64,000 nucleotides of DNA from Myxococcota bacterium (GCA_041687695.1 JAWLBL010000006.1:96001-160000); one strand, 5' to 3'. Shown: positions 25,882 through 35,814, numbered from the stretch's first letter. The notes: a model not told the origin generated them from the letters alone. Numbers and translations are program-made.

Positions 25882-26820
25882 ATGGAGGACCCGACCCTGG
25901 TCTCGTTCGTGGTCGAGCCGTCGTGCGACGGCTGGCGGCTCGATCGCTACCTGTGCCACAAGCTGCCGCGCCTGAGCCGCAATCGGGCCCAGTGGCTCAT
26001 CCGGCAGCGGCTGGTCGCCGACCGGGTCCTCAAGCCCGGCACGCTGGTCCGCGCGGGGTTGGCCTTCAGCCTGCGCCACGAGGGGCAGGCCGTCGCGCCG
26101 CCGCCGCCGCTGGTGGTCCTGCACGCCGACGAGGCGGTGGTGGTGGTCGACAAGCCCGCCGGCGTGCCGATGCACCCGACGGCGCGCTATCGCCGGGGCA
26201 CCCTGGCGTGTCTGCTGCGCGAGCGCTTCGGCCCCGAGTGCGAGGCCGCCCACCGGCTGGATCTAGAGACCTCGGGCGTGCTGGTCTGCGCCCTGGGGTC
26301 GGCCCACCGCCGCCGCGTGGGCGAGGCCTTCGCCGCCGGCCAGGTCGACAAGACCTACCTGGCCCTGGTCGAGGGCCACCCGCCGCAGGACGCCTTCGTC
26401 GTCGACGCCCCCATCGCCGAGGGCACCGCCCTGGTCCGTGTCGCCGTGCGCATCGACCCCGCCGGCAAGCCTGCGCGCACGGCCTTCGAGGTCGTCCGCC
26501 GCTTCGGGCCGCCCGACACGCCGCTGGCGCTGGTCCGCGCCCACCCGGAGACCGGCCGCCAGCACCAGCTCCGCGTGCACCTGGCCCACGCCGGCCACCC
26601 GATCGTCGGCGACAAGATCTACGGCCCCGACCCGCTGTACTTCGACCGCCACAGCCGCGGCGCGCTCGAGGCCGAGGCCATGGAGCGCCTGCGCCTGCCG
26701 CGGCAGGCCCTGCACGCCTGGCGCACCCGCTTTCCGCACCCGCTCACCGGCGCCGCCGTGAGCTGCGAGGCCCCGCTGCCCGAGGACCTCGCCGCCTTCG
26801 TCGCGCGCCACGACCGCTGA
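25882..26820 (+). CDS. RluA-family pseudouridine synthase
   Basis: S4-like RLDRYL, VVDKPAG..HP, catalytic HRLDLETSG, KTYLALV, TGRQHQLRVH, HPIVGDKIY, QALHA. Confidence 0.93.
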   Translation: MEDPTLVSFVVEPSCDGWRLDRYLCHKLPRLSRNRAQWLIRQRLVADRVLKPGTLVRAGLAFSLRHEGQAVAPPPPLVVLHADEAVVVVDKPAGVPMHPTARYRRGTLACLLRERFGPECEAAHRLDLETSGVLVCALGSAHRRRVGEAFAAGQVDKTYLALVEGHPPQDAFVVDAPIAEGTALVRVAVRIDPAGKPARTAFEVVRRFGPPDTPLALVRAHPETGRQHQLRVHLAHAGHPIVGDKIYGPDPLYFDRHSRGALEAEAMERLRLPRQALHAWRTRFPHPLTGAAVSCEAPLPEDLAAFVARHDR

Positions 26821-26833
26821 GCCGCGCCCGCCC

Positions 26834-28954
26834 TCAGTCGGGCGTGCAGCCGTCGCCGCCGCAGACGTCGATGATCTCGCCGGTCCGGAAGAAGTGGACC
26901 ATCTGCTGCTGGTGGTGGTCGGCCCGCCGGGGCTTCTCGTGCGGGTCGCCCAGGTCGTCTTCCGGCGGGATGTTGCCCGGCGGCGGCCACGGGTTGCCGA
27001 AATCGTACAGGACGACGCCCGACCCCTGGTGCGGGTAGGGCTGCTCGGTGAGGCCCCAGACGTCGGCGCCGTAGTGGGCCATCAGCGGGATGCCGACGTC
27101 GGTCCGCGCCAGGATCTCGTTGGTCATCACCGACACCTGGTAGTCGCCCTTGGCCGGCGCGACGATGACGTCGTGGCTGGGCGTGCCGGGCAGCGGGTCG
27201 GCCTTGAGGCGCCGGTAGTAGCTGACCGGGTCGGTCGCGTCCCACAGCAGCTGCGCCAGCGCGATGAGGATCGTCTGGTCGGCCCGGTCGGGGTAGCGCA
27301 GGTTCATCAGCGTCAGCGACGCCTCGAAGTCGTGCGAGCGGTGCAGCAGGGTCGCGTAGTTGTTGCCCGGGACGCCCAGATGGCCGCGCGTCAGATCGGT
27401 GCTGAGCGCGACGACCGTCCCTCCGAAGATGCCGCCCTGCGAGATGCCCGAGTAGAACAGCTCGTCCTGGTCGACGACGACGCCGCGATCGGTCAGCTCG
27501 GGCAGCTGGGGCAGGCGCTGGCGCATCGCCCGCTGCAGCAGCAGGAACTCGAGCACGCCCTGATGCAGCCGGTCGCCGACCCACCGGAAGTGGCTCATCT
27601 CGACCAGCGCCGACGCGACCAGCGGCACGTCCGCGCCCGACATCCCCGTCCAATCGCAGGCGAAGAAGATGAGGTCGTGGGCGTTGGCGATCTTGCCGTT
27701 GTAGCCGGCCTCGACCTCGCCCTGGCCGCCCAGCAGGCCGTGGCCGTACTGCACGAGGCCGTGCGGCGTGCCGTCCAGCGCGCTGTGCGGGATGCGCACG
27801 GTGAACGTCGGCTCGCGCCACCCCGCCGGCTCGGGCAGGCCGTCCTCGCCGCGGCTGGTGCGCCAGCCGCTCGCGTACTGGCCCTCGTCGGGCACCATGT
27901 ACTCGGGCACCCGGAAGGTGCCGCGGATCATCAGCGCGACGTCGGGGTTCACCGGCGCGCCGCTGCCGTCGTCCTCGGCGAGGTAGCTCACGACCTCGGT
28001 GACGGTCAGCTCGGGGCCGTCCTCGCCCACCAGGGCCTGCGCCTCGTCGCGCATGTGCAGGATGTCGCCGTGCAGGGCGTCGCTGCTGGCCGTGACGAAG
28101 TCCCAGGTCAGCTGCAGCGCGTCGGTCTCGACGCCCGCCGCCTCGAGCAGCCCGAACACCTCGTCGAAGCGCGCCTGCCGCTCGGCCAGCAGCGGCTCAC
28201 CCTCGGTGTCGCCGCCCCGCAGCCTCACGAACGCCTCGCTGGGCGCGAAGGCCTGCCCGTCCGCGTCGCGTAGCTCGCGGAAGGCGACCACGTACCGCGT
28301 GGCCTCCTTCAGGATGATCGCCGGCCGCACGAAAAGGACGCGCCGCGCCGGGTCGGCCTCGCGCTGGTCCAGCTCGGCGAAGTAGGGCACCCGCGTCAGG
28401 CCGTCCTCGCCCACCTCGAACAGCAAGATGGCCGCGTCGGCGTCCAGCGAGGCCCCGATGGCCAGCTCGTCGGGCAGCCCCGTCGCGTCCAGGTTCGGGA
28501 AGTGCGCCATGATGGGCGTCCCCAGGCCGTACCCGTCCATGCGGCGCCAGGGCGCGGGGTCGACCCGGTCGCCGTCCAGGTTCACCGGCAGGCTGTCGGC
28601 GAAGCTGAGCGTGTAGCCGGTCGCGCGCGCCGGATCGGGCTCGAGGTACAGGTTCGACGGCCAGGGCAGGGCGCAGACCGTCGGCACCAGCGGGTCGCAG
28701 CGCTCCGCGCTGGGCGTCGGCCCACCGTCGCTCCCGTCGCCCGCGTCGCCCGCGTCGCCCTCGGCGTCTGCGTCGGACGCCAGCGTGTCCTCGTCGACGT
28801 CCGGCGTCTTGGCGTCGTCCTCGCCGTCCTCGGCGGCGTCGGCGGCGTCGACCGACCCGCTGGCCGGCTCGGTCCCGCAGCCGGCTGCGGCGGCCAGCGC
28901 CGGCCCGAAGCCGAGACACACCCCGAACGCCCACGCCCTCGTCCACCGCCGCAT
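26834..28954 (-). CDS. Exported lipoprotein with alpha/beta-hydrolase-like C-terminal domain
   Basis: GGGAGG RBS, AAGC lipobox, acidic linker, YGHGLLG, nucleophile-elbow-like GISQGG, C-terminal DPHE. Confidence 0.75.
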   Translation of the reverse strand: MRRWTRAWAFGVCLGFGPALAAAAGCGTEPASGSVDAADAAEDGEDDAKTPDVDEDTLASDADAEGDAGDAGDGSDGGPTPSAERCDPLVPTVCALPWPSNLYLEPDPARATGYTLSFADSLPVNLDGDRVDPAPWRRMDGYGLGTPIMAHFPNLDATGLPDELAIGASLDADAAILLFEVGEDGLTRVPYFAELDQREADPARRVLFVRPAIILKEATRYVVAFRELRDADGQAFAPSEAFVRLRGGDTEGEPLLAERQARFDEVFGLLEAAGVETDALQLTWDFVTASSDALHGDILHMRDEAQALVGEDGPELTVTEVVSYLAEDDGSGAPVNPDVALMIRGTFRVPEYMVPDEGQYASGWRTSRGEDGLPEPAGWREPTFTVRIPHSALDGTPHGLVQYGHGLLGGQGEVEAGYNGKIANAHDLIFFACDWTGMSGADVPLVASALVEMSHFRWVGDRLHQGVLEFLLLQRAMRQRLPQLPELTDRGVVVDQDELFYSGISQGGIFGGTVVALSTDLTRGHLGVPGNNYATLLHRSHDFEASLTLMNLRYPDRADQTILIALAQLLWDATDPVSYYRRLKADPLPGTPSHDVIVAPAKGDYQVSVMTNEILARTDVGIPLMAHYGADVWGLTEQPYPHQGSGVVLYDFGNPWPPPGNIPPEDDLGDPHEKPRRADHHQQQMVHFFRTGEIIDVCGGDGCTPD

Positions 28955-29208
28955 CGTCGCCTCCCGATCGAGATCGGGCGCCATGATGCCAAGGCCGCGC
29001 GGACATTGCGAAACGAATCGAGCCCTGCGCGCTCGTCACCCGAGGGGACGGTCGCGCAGGGCTCGGGGGTCGCCGCGTCCCGGTTCGCAGCGGACGACCG
29101 GCGCGCCGGGACGCGGCGGCCGTCGTGGAGACACGCCACGAGGGAGGCGGAGCGTCGACCTCCCCCGCGGCGTGAGGCACCCGGGAACAGAAGCCGTCGG
29201 GAACCCGA

Positions 29209-30006
29209 TCAGAAGACCTCGGCCGAGGTCGTGAACAGGTTCGTGCAGCGATCCTGGTTGAGCAGCTGCGCGTTCTGGCGCAGGTGCTGGCGCAGCTGGG
29301 CGATGTGCGCCGCGTCGCGCGCCGTGAAGGTCAGCTGGGCGCCGTTGTCGATGTCCATGACCTGCAGATCGGCCGCGGGCGGGATGTCGAGGTTCGCCGG
29401 CATGATCACCTGGCAGCCCTCGTCGGCCGCCGCCAGGGTCGCGGTGCCCAGGTTGACGCCGCGGCGCCAGGAGACCATGCAGCCGTTGTCGAGGGTCGTG
29501 GTCTGCCCGACCTGCTCACCCGGCAGCGTGGCCCCGACGGGGTAGTACACGGGCTGGTTCGACCAGCTCGGCGCCATCGCCTGGTACTTGAGAAAGATCT
29601 GGCCCTCGTTGCGCAGCCAGTTGCGGATGTGGTCCTGGTAGCGCTCGGGGCCGGTCATCGTCAGGGTGATGCCGTTCGGGGTGTCCATCGTGGTGACGTA
29701 CACGCCCTCGATCTGGGACGGACACGACACGCCCGCGGGCAGGCCGCGCGCAGCCGCCCGCTCGTAGCGCGTGAGCATGTCCGCTTGGACCCGCGTCATC
29801 TCGACGTCGGCCCAGCGGTTGGTCTGCATGGTGCCGGAGGTCTGGGACCAGGTCTGGCCCTGGACCGGCTGCACCTGCTGCTGCTGGTAGGGCTGCTGGT
29901 GCTGCTGGTGCTGGGGCATGGCGGGGTCGACCTGCGCGAACGCGGGGAGCGCCAGCAGGCTCGACATGAGGCCGGCCATGAACAGAGTGGGGAGAGTCAG
30001 TCTCAT
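29209..30006 (-). CDS. Secreted hypothetical protein with an internally duplicated domain
   Basis: GGAGG RBS, signal peptide ending PAFA, Gln-rich tract, two similar segments (MDTPNGITLTMT...IRNWLR and MDIDNGAQLTFT...LRQHLR). Confidence 0.75.
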   Translation of the reverse strand: MRLTLPTLFMAGLMSSLLALPAFAQVDPAMPQHQQHQQPYQQQQVQPVQGQTWSQTSGTMQTNRWADVEMTRVQADMLTRYERAAARGLPAGVSCPSQIEGVYVTTMDTPNGITLTMTGPERYQDHIRNWLRNEGQIFLKYQAMAPSWSNQPVYYPVGATLPGEQVGQTTTLDNGCMVSWRRGVNLGTATLAAADEGCQVIMPANLDIPPAADLQVMDIDNGAQLTFTARDAAHIAQLRQHLRQNAQLLNQDRCTNLFTTSAEVF

Positions 30007-30354
30007 TCGTCATCCTCCATCGCATCGGACCCCCCGGGAGCGTGGCGCCTACCGTCGGGGCCAGCGGGGCCGGTCGGTCGGCGGAGCCGTCGCGCGGGGG
30101 TGCGGAGCCTGAGGCTCGGGGATTCGGGTGGCGTGGTGGCCGACAAGCGCTCACCGCCTGCCCACGAGGCCGGGCCAGACGCGCGAGGCGCGCGCCGTGG
30201 CGGATGGCCGAGCAGGGCTGTGAGCCGTTCGAGATGGGAAACGGGGGCGAGGCGAGGCCCGGGTGGCCGGGGCAATCCGGAGATCCAGGGGCGGGCTCTC
30301 GTAAGGCTAAACATCGGGAATGGCAGACATCTTCCTGCCGAAGTGCGCGGACCC

Positions 30355-30585
30355 AGGAGGCTGTAGTGAATAAGCTGATTCGCCGGCTCCGGCCGATCTC
30401 GGGCAGCTCCGGCCCCGAGAGACGCTGCGGCCGTGCGAAGCGCGGCCGCGCTGGCCCACAGGGCCAGAGGAGCCGGCGACCGGAGGGAGCCGGTGAACCG
30501 CCCGGTTCACCTCGGTCTCTCGGAACCGGATCTGCTCCGACCTCGGCTCGGATCCGACAAATCCCATTACTCACTACAGCCTCCT
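30355..30585. mobile_element. MITE-like non-autonomous element, 231 bp, with 19-bp terminal inverted repeats
   Basis: AGGAGGCTGTAGTGAATAA (30355-30373) and TTACTCACTACAGCCTCCT (30567-30585) are 18/19 complementary. No transposase inside; internal hairpins; no clear target-site duplication. Confidence 0.65.
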
Positions 30586-32614
30586 ATCCGGGCAGCGTGT
30601 GGAGCGTCAGCATCAGCTGGCGGATGGCGTCGCCGTGCGGCCCGCCGGCGCGCATGCGCTCGCCCAGGGCGTCGACGAGGTCCGGCACGAGCTGGATCTC
30701 GCTCGCCTCCTCGGGGGCGCGCTCGAGGCCGATGGCCGCCAGCGCGGCCAGGGTGGGGGCGCCGAAGGCGGCGTCGAGGCCCAGCACCTCGAGCGTCTCC
30801 GCGCGCGCGCTGCCGCAGGCGCCCAGGGCCAGGTCGAGCAGGCCGCGCATCTCGTCCGAGGTCACGCGGGCGCGCGCCTCGAACAGATCCTCCTCGATGC
30901 CGGGCCGCCGGCGCCCCAGCCACCCGACCACGTTGGCGGCGCGGCCGCAGCGCAGCTCGCGCGAGACGTCGGTGGCCAGCGGCATCAGCATGCGCACGAG
31001 GCCGTCGCGGATCTCCTCGGCCAGCGGGCCGTCCGCGTGGAACGGCCCCTCCTCGCGCTCGGCGCGGGTGGCCTCTGCGATGGGCTGCAGGATGGCCAGG
31101 GTCGCGTCCGCCAGGCCGTCGTCCGACAGCTCCTCGCCCAGGGCCAGCAGGCTCTCGGCGATGCCGGGGCTGCGGCGTAGCGCCGCCCCGAGCGGGCGGC
31201 CCAGCACGTCCGGCGAGACCCCTTGCGCCACGAGCCCGACCGCCAGGATCGGCAGGACCGGGTTGAACGAGCCGAGCTGGAGCGCGGCGCCCACCGCGCC
31301 GGCGCGGCGGCCGGTGTCGCTGGCCGAGAGCTCGGCCTCCAGGGACGGCAGCAGGGCGTCACGGGACCAGGCGAGCAGCTCCGGGTGGGCCGACAGGGCG
31401 CGGGCGGCCGCGACGCGCAGCTCGGGCGGGCCCGGGTCGCGCACGAGGCCCGTCAGCACCGGGTCGAGCAGCTCCGCCCACTCGGGCTCGGCCGAGGCGC
31501 GCTGGGCGACCGCCTCGCATGCGGCGACGGCCGCGGAGACCGCCGCCGGGTCGGCCTCGCCCGCCGTGCGGGCCCGGTCGAGGACCCGGTACACGAGGTC
31601 GCGCGCCTCGGGCGTCAGCTCGGTGAGCGCGGTCAGGGCCCGCATCCCCGTGGGGTCGCCCTGCTTGGTGGCCGTCCTCGCCGCCAGCACCAGATCGCGG
31701 TCGGTCGCCTCGCCCGGCGCGAAGACGCGGCTCACGGCCGAGGCGATGCGCCCGGCGTGCCCGGGAGCGCGCTCGAGCAGGTCCTGCACGCCGCCCTCGC
31801 GCTGCTCGCAGGCGGCGACCAGCGGGACCAGCGTCCCGTCGAGGCAGGCCCACAGCTCGGGCTTGGTCGCCACGTCGACGCCGCGCAGGCCCTCGACCAG
31901 CGCGTCCAGCCGGTGCGACAGCCCCTCCTGCAGCTCGTCGCGGTAGGGGCCCTTGCGCAGCTCGGTCGCCAGCGCGGCCGCGCCGACCCAGGCGTGCATG
32001 GGCGCGGCGCCCGGCGCGGTCCAGGTGTAGGCCCGCTTGACGACGTGGCCGTGCAGCTCGGGCGACAGGTGGGCGCCGTAGGCCAGGGCCAGCGCGGCCT
32101 GCAGGCTGGCCAGCTCCAGCGCGTCCTCGAAGGGCCCCTCCAGCTCGACGAGCCAGCGGCCGAGGGCCTGCGACTCGAGCGGGTCGGCGATGAGGCTCAC
32201 CGACATGGGCACCACGTCGAGCAGGCCGCCGCGGAAGCGCCGGGGGGCCTGCGCGAAGGGGCCGGCCAGGGCGACGCGGCGCGCGGCGCACCAGTGGACG
32301 ACGCCCGCGTCGAGCGGGCGGAGGCGGTCGCCGTCGCAGGGGACGAGCAGGCCGTGCGCGACCCCGTCGGTCAGCAGGTCCGAGGCGGCGTCCCCCCAGC
32401 CGGCGGCGGTGAGGGCGGCGGTGAAGGCGGCGCGGGTGTCGGTCCAGGCGCCGCGGCTGTGGCGCGTCAGGTGCAGGGCCAGGTCGCCGACGGCGTCGAG
32501 CAGGCGGTGGCGCGCGTCGAGCCCGAGGTCGGCGAGCCGGTCGTCGACGCGCGCCTCGATGAGCGCCAGGCGCGCGTCCGAGGGCAGCAGGGCGAAGTCG
32601 GAGGTCGAGAGCAT
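30584..32614 (-). CDS. Hypothetical alpha-helical (HEAT-like) protein
   Basis: Protein-like part of ORF 30584..33265 starting at MLSTSDFALLP with GGGAG RBS. Amphipathic helical repeats such as ELRVAAARAL. Confidence 0.7.
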   Translation of the reverse strand: MLSTSDFALLPSDARLALIEARVDDRLADLGLDARHRLLDAVGDLALHLTRHSRGAWTDTRAAFTAALTAAGWGDAASDLLTDGVAHGLLVPCDGDRLRPLDAGVVHWCAARRVALAGPFAQAPRRFRGGLLDVVPMSVSLIADPLESQALGRWLVELEGPFEDALELASLQAALALAYGAHLSPELHGHVVKRAYTWTAPGAAPMHAWVGAAALATELRKGPYRDELQEGLSHRLDALVEGLRGVDVATKPELWACLDGTLVPLVAACEQREGGVQDLLERAPGHAGRIASAVSRVFAPGEATDRDLVLAARTATKQGDPTGMRALTALTELTPEARDLVYRVLDRARTAGEADPAAVSAAVAACEAVAQRASAEPEWAELLDPVLTGLVRDPGPPELRVAAARALSAHPELLAWSRDALLPSLEAELSASDTGRRAGAVGAALQLGSFNPVLPILAVGLVAQGVSPDVLGRPLGAALRRSPGIAESLLALGEELSDDGLADATLAILQPIAEATRAEREEGPFHADGPLAEEIRDGLVRMLMPLATDVSRELRCGRAANVVGWLGRRRPGIEEDLFEARARVTSDEMRGLLDLALGACGSARAETLEVLGLDAAFGAPTLAALAAIGLERAPEEASEIQLVPDLVDALGERMRAGGPHGDAIRQLMLTLHTLPG

Positions 32615-33041
32615 GGGGCGGGCTCCCAGCCGAGCGAGCGGGTGGGGCGCGGCGGGCGCTCGGGGTGCGGCGGCCGGGCGTCGGGGGCGCCGGATCGGCC
32701 GGTCCGTGGGCGCGTGCCGGCGCTGGGGCGCTCGGTCGGCCTGGTCGTCGAGGGGAGGGGGGGCCGGGTCCGCGCCACCGGGGAGGGGCGCGGTGGGGCG
32801 CTCGCGGCTCGTTCGAGCGGAGGGCGCCATGGCACGTGCTCCAAGCCGACCACGCCGCGGGCCATGCGTCCATGTTCCGCCCCTTTGGGGTGGTCCTCGG
32901 GTTGCAAACCGGCGAGACGAGGGGCGCATCGGCGGGCGTCCCACGTTGTCGCGACGGTGACGACGGTGGTATGAAGGTCGGGCGTCGCCGCGCCGGGCTC
33001 GCCACGTCTGGAGCAACGCAGGACGCGCCCAGGGAGGAGCC

Positions 33042-33965
33042 GTGGCCAAGAAACAACCGACGCCCGGCGGCGCGGCCGCCGACACGCCGGACCCGGCCAG
33101 CCAGACCTCGCGCCTGTCCTTCGACGACCTGTTGCGCGCGGTCTCCAAGGGCCGCCCGCGCCTGGTCGTGGTCGAGGGCGGCAGCCTCGGCGCCATGGTC
33201 GAGATCGGCGAGGCGCCGCTGACCATCGGGCGCGACCCGGCCAACGCCCTGATGCTCGAGTCCAACGGCGTCAGCCGTCACCACGCGGTCGTCGAGTACG
33301 CGGGCGACGCGGTGGTCGTGCGGGACCTCGGCTCGAAGAACGGCACCTACGTCAACAAGGTGCCGACCAAGGAGCAGACGCTGAGCGACGGCGACCTCAT
33401 CCACGTCGGCGCGACGATTCTCAAGTACCTGGCCGACGACAACGTCGAGCACTCCTACTACCAGTACCTGCACCAGGTGACGGTGCAGGACCCGCTGACG
33501 CAGATCCCGAACCGGCGCTACTTCGACGACTTCCTCCGGCGCGAGATCGCCCGCAGCACGCGCTACGGCCGCCCGCTCACGCTGCTCATGATCGACGTCG
33601 ACCACTTCAAGCAGATCAACGACACCTACGGCCACGTCTGCGGCGACGCCATCCTGCGCGAGCTGGCCCAGGTGGTCAGCGCGCGCCTGCGCCAGAGCGA
33701 GTTCCTGGCCCGCTACGGCGGCGAGGAGTTCGCCCTGGTCCTGCCCGAGACCGACGCCGCCGGCGCGCGCACGGTCGGCGACAAGCTGCGCGGCCTCGTC
33801 GAGCAGCACCCCTTCGTCTTCGGCGCCGAGCGCCTGAACGTCACCATCAGCCTGGGCGGCGCCACCTGGACGCGCGACATGGCCGACGCAAGGGACCTGG
33901 TCGCCGCCGCCGACGAGCGCCTGTACCAGGCCAAGCGCGAGGGCCGTAACCGCGTCGTCGTCTGA
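33042..33965 (+). CDS. FHA-GGDEF diguanylate cyclase
   Basis: FHA: TIGRDP...VSRHHA...DLGSKNGTYVN. GGDEF domain: DPLTQIPNRR, IDVDHFKQINDTYGH..GD, RYGGEEF, LYQAKREGRN. GGAGG RBS. Confidence 0.93.
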   Translation: MAKKQPTPGGAAADTPDPASQTSRLSFDDLLRAVSKGRPRLVVVEGGSLGAMVEIGEAPLTIGRDPANALMLESNGVSRHHAVVEYAGDAVVVRDLGSKNGTYVNKVPTKEQTLSDGDLIHVGATILKYLADDNVEHSYYQYLHQVTVQDPLTQIPNRRYFDDFLRREIARSTRYGRPLTLLMIDVDHFKQINDTYGHVCGDAILRELAQVVSARLRQSEFLARYGGEEFALVLPETDAAGARTVGDKLRGLVEQHPFVFGAERLNVTISLGGATWTRDMADARDLVAAADERLYQAKREGRNRVVV

Positions 33966-33969
33966 GCCC

Positions 33970-34015
33970 CCGAACGCGAACGCCCCGAGCGGCCAGGGCC
34001 GTCGAGGCGTTCGGG
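33970..34015. terminator. Hairpin between convergent genes (possible terminator)
   Basis: GAACGCCCCGA pairs with TCGAGGCGTTC with one mismatch. No clear U-tract. Confidence 0.35.
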
Positions 34016-34031
34016 TGAGCCGGGTGCGCGC

Positions 34032-35276
34032 TCAGAAGTCGAACGAAGCGTCCAGGTAGATGGCCTGCATGGTCAGCTGGTAGTCGCCGGCCTTCGAGCA
34101 GGACAGACACACCTGCGCGCCCTGCAGGTCGTCGGTCGTGACGGTCGCCTCACCGGTCCGATAGGCGTAGGCGGCGTTCAGCTGCCAAGAGTCGAACTCG
34201 TATCCGGCGCCCAGCGTCACGGTGTGCGACTCGTTCGGCGGGGTCCCGAAGGCGGTCGGATACTGCTTGTTGCCGACCTTGCCGTCCCAGACGTAGCCGA
34301 CCCGCAGCGGCAGCTGCGGCTTGGGGCGGAACTCGACCCCGGGCCGAAGGGTCCAGGCGTCCTCCCACTCGAAGAAGTTGTTGATCTCGAGGGGAGTGCC
34401 GTCCGTCTCGGCGCGGATGACGGCGCGGTCGTTCTGGCTCTGGAACCCGTACTCGGCGTCGAAGACGACTGAGACCGGGGCCGGAACGCCCAGCGCGTCC
34501 AAATCGGCGCGCACGCCGAACCCGAGCTTCGAGGGCAAGGTGAAGGTGGTCGTCGTCTTGCCGCGCTCCGCGTTGAGGATGAACGACGAGTCCGCCTCGA
34601 TCTCCGTGTCGGTCTTGTGACGGTAGGTCGCGCCAAACTCGAGGCCGTCCATCGGGCTCCACTGCAGGCCCGCACGCACGCCCCCGAAGCTCCAGCCGAC
34701 CAGATCCAGGTTGAAGAGCTTGGGATCCTCGACCCGCCCCTTCTCGCGCAGCAGGGACACGCGCGTCATCCGATATCCCACGCCGAGCTTCACGTCTCCG
34801 GGGAGGTCGAAGCTGAGTCCGGGCGAGATCTCGACGAAGATGAGCGTGGTCGCGTCGTAGGTGGCGACGCCGGCGGCGTTGTCGTAGGTGTACTCGGCGC
34901 CAGCGGAGGCGACCGGATAGGCGGCCAGCCCCGCGGTCAGCCAGTCGTTGATGCGATACGAGGCACCCAACAAGGGGAAGGGGGCGACGGTCGTATCCGA
35001 ACCGACCTCGACGTCGTTGCGGTCGGGCGCGGAGGTGATCTCGCCGACGAGCAACGTGCCGTGAACGATGAAGGAGAGGTTCTCGGTGTGGCTCAGGCCC
35101 GCGGGGTTGTGAAAGAGCGCCGAAGGATCGTTCACGTAGCCGATCGCGGCACCACCGAGGCCCATGTGACGGGCCGTATAGAGGATGGGCGTGTCGTAGC
35201 CTGCCGCCAGGGCGGAACCAGAGGTTCCGGCCCCGGCGGCCAGGGCCGCGAACGCCGTGACGAGCGTTCGGCGCAT
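34032..35276 (-). CDS. OmpP1/FadL-family outer-membrane transporter
   Basis: Signal peptide, ARHMGLGGA...DPSALFHNPAGL, WEDAWTLRPGVEF, LRVGY, C-terminal Phe. Confidence 0.88.
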   Translation of the reverse strand: MRRTLVTAFAALAAGAGTSGSALAAGYDTPILYTARHMGLGGAAIGYVNDPSALFHNPAGLSHTENLSFIVHGTLLVGEITSAPDRNDVEVGSDTTVAPFPLLGASYRINDWLTAGLAAYPVASAGAEYTYDNAAGVATYDATTLIFVEISPGLSFDLPGDVKLGVGYRMTRVSLLREKGRVEDPKLFNLDLVGWSFGGVRAGLQWSPMDGLEFGATYRHKTDTEIEADSSFILNAERGKTTTTFTLPSKLGFGVRADLDALGVPAPVSVVFDAEYGFQSQNDRAVIRAETDGTPLEINNFFEWEDAWTLRPGVEFRPKPQLPLRVGYVWDGKVGNKQYPTAFGTPPNESHTVTLGAGYEFDSWQLNAAYAYRTGEATVTTDDLQGAQVCLSCSKAGDYQLTMQAIYLDASFDF

Positions 35277-35280
35277 CAGC

Positions 35281-35814
35281 TCACTCGCTCGGCGGGGTCA
35301 GGCCGGTGCACTCGTAGAACGCGGCCGTGCAGCCGGCGTCCTGCTGGCACTGCGTGCACACCGCGGCGCTCGGGTCCGCGGCGCACTCGCCGACGCAGTT
35401 CGTGATGGTGCAGGCGACGATGTCGCCGTAGCACCCGGCGCACTCGTCCGTGATGGTGTGGGTCTGCTGGATGCAGGTGATCGAGCACTGACGCTCGTCG
35501 GCCTCGCCCAGGCAGCCGAGGCCGCAGCTGGAGGCGGTGCCGTTGACGTTCTCGGTGCTGACGATGGCCAGGTCCGCCGCGTTGGTGCAGGCGCCCGCCG
35601 GCTGGACGGTGTCGTCGGTCACGTCGCCGGTCGTGTCGTCCTCGACCGTGTCGTCCTCGACCGTGTCGTCCTCGACCGTGTCGTCCTCGACCTCGGCCTG
35701 AGCGTCGCTCGTGTCGGTGATGGGGGTCGTGTCGCCGTCGTTGCTGTCGCAGCCGGTCGCCAGCAGCGCCAGCGCGCCGATGGCCGCCACGAGGCCCATG
35801 TTGAACATCTTCAT
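35281..35814 (-). CDS. Small Cys-rich lipoprotein with EDDTV repeats
   Basis: GAGGAG RBS, ATGC lipobox, 15-bp repeats around 35634-35690, Cys-rich C-terminal domain. Confidence 0.8.
   Translation of the reverse strand: MKMFNMGLVAAIGALALLATGCDSNDGDTTPITDTSDAQAEVEDDTVEDDTVEDDTVEDDTTGDVTDDTVQPAGACTNAADLAIVSTENVNGTASSCGLGCLGEADERQCSITCIQQTHTITDECAGCYGDIVACTITNCVGECAADPSAAVCTQCQQDAGCTAAFYECTGLTPPSE

Noticed and set aside
30010..30350. Riboswitch or ncRNA in the long intergenic region
   Set aside because: I could not recognise any conserved RNA family motif by eye; an Rfam/Infernal search would be needed to exclude one.
32830..32845. TGGCACG as a sigma54 promoter for the FHA-GGDEF gene
   Set aside because: There is no TTGC at the required -12 spacing (reads TGGCACGTGCTCCAAG).
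35281..35814. Cys-rich small protein as a RiPP precursor or multiheme cytochrome
   Set aside because: It has a lipoprotein signal, no CxxCH motif and no adjacent modifying enzymes.
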